From Myxococcota bacterium (GTDB lineage Bacteria > Myxococcota_A > Polyangia > Polyangiales > Houyiibacteriaceae): DNA of 64,000 bases. A model generated the notes under the pieces. It was not told where the DNA came from. It worked only from the letters and a program-made list of their open reading frames with translations, and ran no database searches. Position numbers and translations under genes: made by a program. Position 1 is the first letter of the stretch; every line of letters starts with the position of its first letter. Location: assembly GCA_020629955.1 (NCBI GenBank), contig JAHDCI010000005.1:686-64685 (forward strand), given 5' to 3'. Shown piece after piece: positions 37,063 to 45,291 of the stretch.

Positions 37063-37784
37063 CCGAACAGCAAAATAGCTCGAAGCCCTTTGAAGGACGC
37101 CTCGGCGGCGGCCAAATGTTCGATTCCATCGCGAAGCGTTACGACGGACTCAATCGCGTCCTCAGCCTCGGAATGGACGGCCGCTGGCGAAAAAAGATGG
37201 TGCAATCGCTCGTCTTCGAAGAAGGACGTGAAATCCTCGACCTTGCGACCGGCACCGCAGACGTGGCCATCGCGATCTCGAAACATCGCCCCGGAACCAA
37301 GGTGGTCGGACTGGACCCCTCCACCCAAATGCTTGAGGTCGGCCAGCAGAAGCTCGTCGAAAATACCCTCGATGCGGACATCGAGTTGGTCGTCGGTGAC
37401 GCGCAAGACCTCCCCTTTGAAGACAATCGATTCTCTTCAACAACGATTTCGTTCGGGCTGCGCAACGTGCCTGACCGTCGTCTGTGTGTGCACGAGATGG
37501 CGCGCGTGACGCAGCCCGGCGGTACCGTTGCGATTCTCGAACTGAGTGAGCCAACCAAAGGCCCACTCAAAGGGCTTGCGAAGGGATGGATTCACAGCGC
37601 CGTTCCGAAGATCGGCGCATGGGTTTCAAGCGACCCAGCATATGCCTACCTCGCGAAGAGCATCGCCGCCTTTCCCCCGCCTGACGTTGTCATGCAGTGG
37701 ATGCGCGATGCGGGACTGAACAACGTCGAAGCGAAGGGGATGAGCTTCGGCGCGGTACAACTCTTTACCGGTACCGCGACATGA
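37059..37784 (+). CDS. menG: Demethylmenaquinone methyltransferase (UbiE/MenG)
   Basis: MFDSIAKRYD, LDLATGTAD, FGLRNV, AYAYLAKSI. Confidence 0.92.
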   Translation: MTEQQNSSKPFEGRLGGGQMFDSIAKRYDGLNRVLSLGMDGRWRKKMVQSLVFEEGREILDLATGTADVAIAISKHRPGTKVVGLDPSTQMLEVGQQKLVENTLDADIELVVGDAQDLPFEDNRFSSTTISFGLRNVPDRRLCVHEMARVTQPGGTVAILELSEPTKGPLKGLAKGWIHSAVPKIGAWVSSDPAYAYLAKSIAAFPPPDVVMQWMRDAGLNNVEAKGMSFGAVQLFTGTAT

Positions 37785-39067
37785 CCACTCACCGCAAAAA
37801 CAGCGGTGCGTCCAATGTCCGACGTTTGCCCGAAGCAGACAATGTTCACGAGGCTCTACTCTGCGCCGAGGCGGCGATGGATGAAGAATGTCTCCGCGTG
37901 GAAGTTCCCGTCCGTGACGTTGCACCGTTCGCGTGGCTAAAAGACCAAACGAAAGGAAATCGACGGTATTGGCGGGACCGGCCAGAGCGCGACGCATCAA
38001 CGGTGGAGCTCGCTGGAGTTGGATTGGCACTGTCGACGTTCGACGCCGAGGTCGCCCGAAATCATCTCTCAAGGCTGGGTCCGCGAGCGCAGCTCCACCT
38101 CCTCGGTCGCTTCGAAGGTGGTGTCCTCTACACCCTGCCCCGAGTCGAAGTCGGTGTGGATGCGAATGGAGGTTTCCTCGCGCTCAACGCACACTCGGTG
38201 TGCGAAACGGTTCGGCTCCAGCAGCGCCAAGAAGGTCCGCGTGAGGAAGAGTGGATCCAGCGTGTCAATGACGCGCTCGATGCCATTCAATCGGGACGAC
38301 TATCCAAGGTCGTACTCGCGCGGCACCAGACCATTCAAACCAAACGGGACGCCCTCGAAATTCTGGACACGCTGAGGCGACATGAGCCGAGCGCGTACGC
38401 CTTCGCGGCGGAGTTCGGCGAGACCACGTTCCTCGGTGCCTCTCCGGAACGTCTCTTCCGGCGCGAATCGGACAAACTTCGCTCGGATGCCCTTGCGGGG
38501 ACGCGACGACGAGGAAAGAGCGCCACCGAGGATGCCGAGCTTGCTCGCGAGTTGCTCGGTTGCGAGAAAGAGCGGCGGGAACAAAAAGCGGTTTCCGATG
38601 CCGTTCAGGCGCGCTTCCTCGAGCTTTGTTCCGAGACCCACTGCGATGCAGCCCCGAAAGTTCGGCAACAGGCCTTCGTTCAACATCTGCACTCCCTTGT
38701 TTCGGGTCGCCTCCGTGACGAGATCGGCGATGCAAAGATCCTCGAGACACTGCATCCAACGCCGGCAGTCGCGGGGACTCCGAGGGAAGCGGCTCGAGAG
38801 TGGATCCTTCGCGAAGAAGGCGAGCGCGGGCACTACGCAGCTCCGATCGGCCGGATGTCGATGAACGAGACCGAGTGCGCGGTCGCGCTTCGATGCGGCA
38901 CTCATCGCCCAGGAACCTTTCAGCTTCATATCGGAGCCGGTATCGTTCAGGGCTCGAAGCCCGCGTTTGAATGGCGTGAGCTCGAACGAAAGTCCGATGC
39001 CTTGATGCGTTCGCTTGACGTGCAAAGCGCGAGTGAGCACGCGCCGCTCCAAGCGCGCGCGTCGTAG
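37781..39067 (+). CDS. menF: Isochorismate synthase
   Basis: KVVLAR, FLGASPERL, ALAGT, VQHL, LHPTPAVAG, GAGIV; lies within the men cluster. Confidence 0.88.
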   Translation: MTTHRKNSGASNVRRLPEADNVHEALLCAEAAMDEECLRVEVPVRDVAPFAWLKDQTKGNRRYWRDRPERDASTVELAGVGLALSTFDAEVARNHLSRLGPRAQLHLLGRFEGGVLYTLPRVEVGVDANGGFLALNAHSVCETVRLQQRQEGPREEEWIQRVNDALDAIQSGRLSKVVLARHQTIQTKRDALEILDTLRRHEPSAYAFAAEFGETTFLGASPERLFRRESDKLRSDALAGTRRRGKSATEDAELARELLGCEKERREQKAVSDAVQARFLELCSETHCDAAPKVRQQAFVQHLHSLVSGRLRDEIGDAKILETLHPTPAVAGTPREAAREWILREEGERGHYAAPIGRMSMNETECAVALRCGTHRPGTFQLHIGAGIVQGSKPAFEWRELERKSDALMRSLDVQSASEHAPLQARAS

Positions 39068-39126
39068 AAATCTGCGGAACGCGCGACAAGCAAAACTATG
39101 CGAACCTGCGCCAGACGATTTCGACC

Positions 39127-40848
39127 GTGACCGACCTTGCCGCCCCCGAAAGCAGCGCCGCCCAAACCTCACTATGGGCTTCGGCGATCATTCGCACCTT
39201 GGTTGCAAAGGGGGTGGAGCGTTTCGTCGTCGCTCCGGGGTCTCGGAGCACTCCGCTCGTTGCCGCGGCAAACGAAAGTGGCATTTCTACGGTAGTCATC
39301 GGGGACGAGCGATCCGCAGCATTCTTTGCGCTGGGGTGCGGGAGAGCAGGCTCCTTATGCGCGATGATCACCACCTCGGGGAGCGCGATTACGCACGCGT
39401 TTCCGGCAGTCGTGGAAGCACGCGCGGAAGGCATACCCATCCTACTACTTTCTGCTGACCGCCCTCCGGAACTGCACGGAATTGGCGCGAACCAGACGAT
39501 CCCACAAGAGAACATCTTCGGCGCTCACGTCGTCACGAGCGTTTCGTTTCCGGCGCCGGATTCGCGAATTCCGGCGACGCTCGCGGCACGCATGAGCGAA
39601 GACGCCATCGATGCGGCGCTGCGCGAACCTGGACCGGTTCACCTCAACGTTCCGTTCCGAAAGCCGCTGGAGCCGGCTCCTTTTTCATGGCCGCAGGAGC
39701 TGCATGGCTTGGCGAATCTTCCGCCGACATCTCGCTCGCGTTCGTTTACGAGCGAAACACTGGTCTCAACAGAAGCGGTCGACTTCCTTCGCGCCGAACT
39801 GCGCTCTGGCTCAAGTGTTTTGGTCGCGGTAGGCGCGATTGGAAGCCCATCTGAACGAATCGCGGCTCGCTCTCTCGTCCAGCATCTTAACCTGAGCGGA
39901 GCCAAGGTCTTTGCGGATGCTCGCTCTGGGCTGCGGGACCTCGACTCCGGACTGCGTGCCTATTTACGCGATCCACTTTTGATGTCGAAAGTCGCTCCCG
40001 ACCGCACGCTTTTTCTCGGCGGAGGCTTCATCGAAGAACGTATCTACGCGCTGGCTTCGAGCTGCCGGTCTTCCCGTACCTATCGGGTCGCCGGGAACGC
40101 AGCACTTACTCCACGTCAGGCGCGGATCGATCCGCGCGAAATCGGCATTCATACGATCGAGGGCTCTCTCGCGTCGTTGGCTGAATCGCTCGATGACTTG
40201 CGACTTGACACTCGGGGGGCGTGGACGCTGCGTCCGCCAACGAGCGAGTGGCTCGGGGATGTATTCAGCGAGATGCAGCTCGCAGCTTCGCTCAGCGACG
40301 TCCCGGGAATCCTCTACGCCGGAAGCAGCATGCCCATCCGCGACGTCGACCGTTTCGCGAGTCACCCGAGAGTCTTGGCGCAGCGCGGTGCTTCCGGCAT
40401 CGATGGCATGATCGCGAGCGCATGCGGCGTTGCAGCTTCCTCCGATAGCCAGGTTACGCTCGTCGTCGGCGACCAAACGTTTCTACACGACCAAGGCTCG
40501 CTCCACTATGTCCGGCGACATCGGAACTTACGCATCATCGTCGTCGACAATCGCGGCGGGCGAATTTTCGAGATGCTGCCAATCGCGACCCCCGAGCGAA
40601 AATCGCTCGTTCAGAAGTACTTTCTCGACGCCGACGGCCCGGATATCAAGAAACTCGGCGAAGCACACTCCCTTGAGGTTCGCGTAGCGGAAGACCTCGC
40701 TGCGTTCCGCACCGCACTAAGCTCCAGCGCGCAGCTCATCATTGCTCGAACCGCCCCCGGGGCTGCTGCGGAGCGCGCTGCGATCCGAGAGCGCGAGCAT
40801 CATTGGCTGCGCACACAACTCGGACTCTCCACTTCTTCGTCTACGTAG
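39127..40848 (+). CDS. menD: SEPHCHC synthase
   Basis: PGSRSTPL, DERSAAFFALG, ADRPPEL...GANQT, RGASGIDG, GD...HD...DNRGGRIF. Confidence 0.93.
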   Translation: MTDLAAPESSAAQTSLWASAIIRTLVAKGVERFVVAPGSRSTPLVAAANESGISTVVIGDERSAAFFALGCGRAGSLCAMITTSGSAITHAFPAVVEARAEGIPILLLSADRPPELHGIGANQTIPQENIFGAHVVTSVSFPAPDSRIPATLAARMSEDAIDAALREPGPVHLNVPFRKPLEPAPFSWPQELHGLANLPPTSRSRSFTSETLVSTEAVDFLRAELRSGSSVLVAVGAIGSPSERIAARSLVQHLNLSGAKVFADARSGLRDLDSGLRAYLRDPLLMSKVAPDRTLFLGGGFIEERIYALASSCRSSRTYRVAGNAALTPRQARIDPREIGIHTIEGSLASLAESLDDLRLDTRGAWTLRPPTSEWLGDVFSEMQLAASLSDVPGILYAGSSMPIRDVDRFASHPRVLAQRGASGIDGMIASACGVAASSDSQVTLVVGDQTFLHDQGSLHYVRRHRNLRIIVVDNRGGRIFEMLPIATPERKSLVQKYFLDADGPDIKKLGEAHSLEVRVAEDLAAFRTALSSSAQLIIARTAPGAAAERAAIREREHHWLRTQLGLSTSSST

Positions 40849-40916
40849 CAAGACTCTCCAAGGGCCCCCGCCCTTCCCTTCACCATTCCTCCACAGGACC
40901 CATTTAGGACCCAACC

Positions 40917-41795
40917 ATGACTATCTTTGACGCCAGCCGCTGGGAAGCGATTACCGAACTCGAACTCCGCGATGTCACCTATCACCGCAGCAAAGAACAC
41001 GGCACCGTTCGCATCGCGTTTAACCGCCCGGATGTACGCAACGCGTTCCGCCCCGAGACCGTCGACGACCTCTTCCGCTGCCTCGACCATGCACGCTGCA
41101 CGACCGACGTTGGCTGCGTTCTCTTAACCGGCAACGGCCCCTCTTCGAAAGACGGCGGCTGGGCCTTTTCGTCGGGCGGTGACCAGAGCGTTCGCGGCGC
41201 GGACGGCTACCAGTACAAGGCCGCCGGTTCTTCCGCCGCGCTCGGGCGTCTTCATATCCTTGAGGTACAGCGATTGATTCGGTTCATGCCGAAGGTTGTT
41301 ATCGCGGTCGTTCCCGGATGGGCGGTAGGCGGCGGCCATAGCTTGCACGTGGTTTGCGATATGACCATCGCGAGCAAAGAACACGCGAAGTTCCTCCAAA
41401 CCGACCCGGACGTCGCCAGCTTCGACGCCGGCTATGGCTCGGCCTATCTGGCTCGGATGGTCGGACAAAAGCGCGCCCGCGAAATCTTCTTCCTCGGCAA
41501 GACGTATAGCGCCGACGAAGCCTTCGCGATGGGCATGGTCAACGAGGTCGCGCCCCACGCGGAGCTTGAAAACCAGGCTCTCGAGATGGCCAAGGAGATC
41601 AACCGCAAGAGCCCGACCGCGATCCGCATGCTCAAGTACGCGTTTAACGCCGTCGACGATGGCCTTGTCGGTCAGCAGCTCTTCGCCGGCGAAGCGACCC
41701 GCCTCGCGTACGCAACGGACGAAGCCAAAGAGGGACGGGAAGCCTTCCTCGAAAAGCGCGACCAAGCCTTCCAGAAGTTCCCCTGGCACTTCTGA
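40917..41795 (+). CDS. menB: 1,4-dihydroxy-2-naphthoyl-CoA synthase
   Basis: RNAFRP, SGGDQ, GGGHSLHVVCD, SFDAGYG, GQKRAREI. Confidence 0.95.
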   Translation: MTIFDASRWEAITELELRDVTYHRSKEHGTVRIAFNRPDVRNAFRPETVDDLFRCLDHARCTTDVGCVLLTGNGPSSKDGGWAFSSGGDQSVRGADGYQYKAAGSSAALGRLHILEVQRLIRFMPKVVIAVVPGWAVGGGHSLHVVCDMTIASKEHAKFLQTDPDVASFDAGYGSAYLARMVGQKRAREIFFLGKTYSADEAFAMGMVNEVAPHAELENQALEMAKEINRKSPTAIRMLKYAFNAVDDGLVGQQLFAGEATRLAYATDEAKEGREAFLEKRDQAFQKFPWHF

Positions 41796-41812
41796 ACCGC
41801 GTCCCCTCAACG

Positions 41813-41850
41813 AGAAAAGCCCACGGCGACGGCCGTGGGCTTTTCTTTTC
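41813..41850. terminator. Bidirectional terminator
   Basis: AGAAAAGCCCACGGC / GCCGTGGGCTTTTCT. Confidence 0.85.
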
Positions 41851-41860
41851 GGCACACGAG

Positions 41861-42985
41861 TTAACGCATGATCGGGAGGTGCTTACGACGTTCGGTCGTT
41901 GGTGCCTTTTCCCCTCCACCACGTTCGAAGTGGAGCTTGGCAACAGTATCGGCCAAGGTTTCGACCATCTTCATGAGCGCGCTTCCTGAAGGCGAATCGG
42001 GAGCCGACTGAACGACGGGGGTTCCCTTATCGCCCCATTCGCGAAGCGCCTGGTCGATCGGTACCTGCGCCATGAGCGGCGCCTCGCACATCTCGGCGAT
42101 CTTCTCTCCGCCGCCACTGCCGAAAAGCTCGTGACGGTTGCCCGCCGGGTCTTCGAAGTAGCTCATATTCTCGACGACGCCGAGAATGGGCATGTTGAGC
42201 TGCTGGCAGAGGGTGACGCCTTTGTAGACATCTTGAAGCGCGACTTCCTGCGGAGTCGTCACCATGACAACGCCGGTGATGCGCATCTTTTGTGCGATCG
42301 ACAGCGCAACATCGCCCGTGCCGGGCGGGAGGTCGACGACGAGGAAATCGAGAGCACCCCAGCGGACATCTTCGACGAGCTGTTTCAACGCGCCGTGAAG
42401 TCGCGGGCCACGCCAAATCACGGCCTGTTTCTCGTGTTCCAGAAGGAAGCCAACGCTCATGAGCTTCACGCCAAAACGCTGCAGCGGGAGAATATGCTTG
42501 CCGTCATCGGAGACCGGGCGCCCTTCGATGCCGAACATCGTCGGGAGGGAAGGACCGTAGATATCCGCATCGAAGAGTCCGACGCGCGTTCCTAGCTTGC
42601 GGAGACCGAGAGCGAGGTTCGTCGCAACGGTGCTCTTTCCAACGCCACCTTTACCGCTCATGACCAAGATGACGTTTTTCACGTCGGGGAGCGGGTCTTC
42701 GCCGGTGGTGATTCGCGTCGGGACACGGACCTCCCATTCGATCTCAAGGCTCGCGGCACCTTCGGCCTTCGCGACCTCTTCAAGACGAGCCTTGAGAGCC
42801 GCTCGAGATTCGTCCGAGGGCGTGCTCATGGCCACGCGAAGCTTCAGCGTTTCCCCTTCGAATGCGATCTCGAGAAGGGTCTTTAGATCGTCCAGCGTCC
42901 GGCCAAGAACAGGATCTTTCACCTTTATCAGGGCGTCACGCATCTTCTGGGTTCGCTCGTCGAGCGCGGGAGTTTCCGAGGTCAT
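41861..42985 (-). CDS. apbC: Mrp/ApbC iron-sulfur cluster carrier ATPase
   Basis: SGKGGVGKST, DADIYGPS, WRGP, DLPPGTGD, VENMS. Confidence 0.92.
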   Translation of the reverse strand: MTSETPALDERTQKMRDALIKVKDPVLGRTLDDLKTLLEIAFEGETLKLRVAMSTPSDESRAALKARLEEVAKAEGAASLEIEWEVRVPTRITTGEDPLPDVKNVILVMSGKGGVGKSTVATNLALGLRKLGTRVGLFDADIYGPSLPTMFGIEGRPVSDDGKHILPLQRFGVKLMSVGFLLEHEKQAVIWRGPRLHGALKQLVEDVRWGALDFLVVDLPPGTGDVALSIAQKMRITGVVMVTTPQEVALQDVYKGVTLCQQLNMPILGVVENMSYFEDPAGNRHELFGSGGGEKIAEMCEAPLMAQVPIDQALREWGDKGTPVVQSAPDSPSGSALMKMVETLADTVAKLHFERGGGEKAPTTERRKHLPIMR

Positions 42986-43055
42986 CGGAAGGATATGGTC
43001 TTCGACCCCGCGAGGGTCAAGGGTGCGAGCGCTCTCCCCTTGGGATCCGCTTCGA

Positions 43056-43673
43056 TCAGCGGATTCGGACCGCGATTGCGGAAGCGCCTACGCCGCTTTC
43101 TGCCGCTGGAGCGGTCAGGAGCCTCACGAGCACGACGCTCCCGACCTGATCGTTTTCCGCAAGGGCGTTCGAGACCGCTGCCACCGAACGTTCTGAGAAG
43201 GCGCTCTCGGTTCCGAAGAGGAGCACGTCTCCTGTCTGCACGGAACCCTCTGCCGTCGTTGGGGAGCCACCAGCGAGCCCCCCGGAGACAGCCTCGCGCC
43301 CGGTGAGCCGAGTGACGTCACCGTCGCGGTATCGATATGCACGGAGTTCGCCCGCCCACGCGAGTTCGAGCCGCCCCTCCCTGACTTTCGCGACCAACGC
43401 GGCCACGTCGGGCACGTGTCGTTCGATCAGTTGCGCGCCGGCTTCGAGAAGGGAGGTTCGCATCGCGCTCAAGAACGCTGTCGGTTCGCGACCTTCGACC
43501 AGCGCTACCTCGGCGCCAAGGCGAGCTGCCTCGACGGCGTTCTGCCAGAGGCGCGGGCTCGAAAGGGCCTCCAACAAAACGAACGTGCGTTCGTAGACCA
43601 GCGCGTCGCTGCGCTCGAGATGTCCTGGCCCGCGTCGCTCAAGTGTGGAGTGCGGCTGTGCGTCGATGTTCAT
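43056..43673 (-). CDS. PP2C-fold protein, catalytically degenerate
   Basis: AWAGELRAYRYRDG and GDVLLFGTES align to the PP2C HVGDSRAY and LLLCSDG motifs. Confidence 0.6.
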   Translation of the reverse strand: MNIDAQPHSTLERRGPGHLERSDALVYERTFVLLEALSSPRLWQNAVEAARLGAEVALVEGREPTAFLSAMRTSLLEAGAQLIERHVPDVAALVAKVREGRLELAWAGELRAYRYRDGDVTRLTGREAVSGGLAGGSPTTAEGSVQTGDVLLFGTESAFSERSVAAVSNALAENDQVGSVVLVRLLTAPAAESGVGASAIAVRIR

Positions 43674-43730
43674 CTACGAGCCGAGCATAGCGTCAAACGC
43701 ACTCGTGAGTCTGCATAATGATGTGCAGCG

Positions 43731-44726
43731 CTACTCAGGGATTGCCGCGCCGGGCGTGGGTGCATCCACATCGAGAACCCAGGCGGGCATCGGTTGACCG
43801 TTGTCCCCATTCCAAACGAGCACGGGAACGAGTGATTGTGCGTGCCATCGTAGCAAAATGACCGAGCCGCTTCCGGGATGATTACGCCCCGGCCGGCGTC
43901 TCGTGAAAATGACCAACACCTCGTTTTCACCGCGGGGGCGAAGCGCTAAGCCCGCCTCGCGAAGCTGGATGTTCTCAAACGAATGTACGTCTCGGGTCGT
44001 GACCCCACGCGTCTCGACCAAGGTCACAACGCGTCCATCCCGGCGAACCGAGAAGATGAGCGCTTCGCCATTTGGCGCATGCCAGCGAGCCTCGCCTTGC
44101 GCGTTCGCGTCCCAGAGCCGGACATGAACATCGAGGTTGACGGGGCCACCTTCCGGCAGCGCCGTGGGACGCGCACTGTCGACGAGCCATGCCCCAGTAC
44201 CGTTGTTGAAGAGCTCGACGGCCTCCACTTCAATGCGCGCGACATCGCGTCCATCGACTTGGTAACTCTCACCGATCCGGATCACTGCACGAACGCGAAG
44301 GCGAGAGATTGCGTTTTGTGCAAACCACGCAGCGCTGCGCTCTGGGGGCACCGCGAAGAAACGTTCCGCGTGTGTTTCGCGCGGTCCGCTTAGGTCGCCG
44401 CTCACCAAACGTCCCCCGTCTGCGTGGAGACGTAGAGACGGAATCCGAACGAGGAAGCCCTGGCGCACTCGTTCATACGGTCCGACCTCCACGTTGCCTG
44501 CGGCCGGAACAGAAACAAGCCAGCGCCCGGCTCGAAGCGCGCTGGCCTCACGCTCCGCTCGTCCCCGGCAGAGGTCGTCATCGCAATCTTCAAAGAGAGC
44601 TCCACCAAAACGAGAAAGTTCGCCGGCCTCCTCCGCGTTTTCGGCGATCTCACGAAAACTCTGAGCGGACGCCGGGGCGGAGAGCGCAAAGAATCCAAAA
44701 ATCGAAAGGGTGAGGAGTTGCTTCAT
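43731..44726 (-). CDS. Secreted hypothetical protein
   Basis: Signal peptide ending ASA-Q. Confidence 0.7.
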   Translation of the reverse strand: MKQLLTLSIFGFFALSAPASAQSFREIAENAEEAGELSRFGGALFEDCDDDLCRGRAEREASALRAGRWLVSVPAAGNVEVGPYERVRQGFLVRIPSLRLHADGGRLVSGDLSGPRETHAERFFAVPPERSAAWFAQNAISRLRVRAVIRIGESYQVDGRDVARIEVEAVELFNNGTGAWLVDSARPTALPEGGPVNLDVHVRLWDANAQGEARWHAPNGEALIFSVRRDGRVVTLVETRGVTTRDVHSFENIQLREAGLALRPRGENEVLVIFTRRRPGRNHPGSGSVILLRWHAQSLVPVLVWNGDNGQPMPAWVLDVDAPTPGAAIPE

Positions 44727-44830
44727 GGGCGTGGCAGAGTGTAGTCGAGGGCGAACGATCGAGCGAACATCAAGCGATCTGAAGTTTCGCGCTCTCGCCT
44801 CTGCATGGACGTACTCATGGCGCGTTGATT

Positions 44831-44995
44831 TAACGGGCTGGTGAAAAACGTCCGAAACCGCTTCGCGATATTTTCATGCACTCAAACGCCATCCAATTCT
44901 CGCCACGTATGTACAATACGAGTTCAGTAATCGGACGCATCTGCGCACGCCAAAATCCAACGAACCAAAATCGGCCCTTTTTCACCAGCCTGTCA
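44831..44995. mobile_element. MITE-like element of about 165 bp (family C)
   Basis: TIRs ACGGGCTGGTGAAAAA / TTTTTCACCAGCCTGT match at 15/16; central CGTAT-GTACA-ATACG hairpin. Confidence 0.7.
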
Positions 44996-45081
44996 AAGCA
45001 GTTCGAGAAAAAGCCCCGGTTTCGCGAACGTGGTCACAAACTCTCGAGCACGAGGCCCGCGCGAGGCGGAAGCGGTTTGGC

Positions 45082-45291
45082 TTAGTTGCAGCCGCAACCA
45101 CCACCGGTCGAGCCATGTCCACCGGTCGCCCCCTCGCGAGAATCGTGAACGTGAGCGCGGAAGTGCGTCGCGTTTCCATCCCGGCTCTCATCCATTCCGG
45201 GGCGAGAGAGGTCTTCGCGCGCGTAAGGAGCCACGCTCACGCACCCAGTGAATCCAGCGCACAACGCAAGAGCTAGCGCGAAGCGTTTCAC
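45082..45291 (-). CDS. DUF4266 family small lipoprotein
   Basis: FTGC lipobox, VAPYARE, terminal REGATGGHGSTGGGCGCN; GTG start overlaps the upstream TGA. Confidence 0.85.
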   Translation of the reverse strand: MKRFALALALCAGFTGCVSVAPYAREDLSRPGMDESRDGNATHFRAHVHDSREGATGGHGSTGGGCGCN

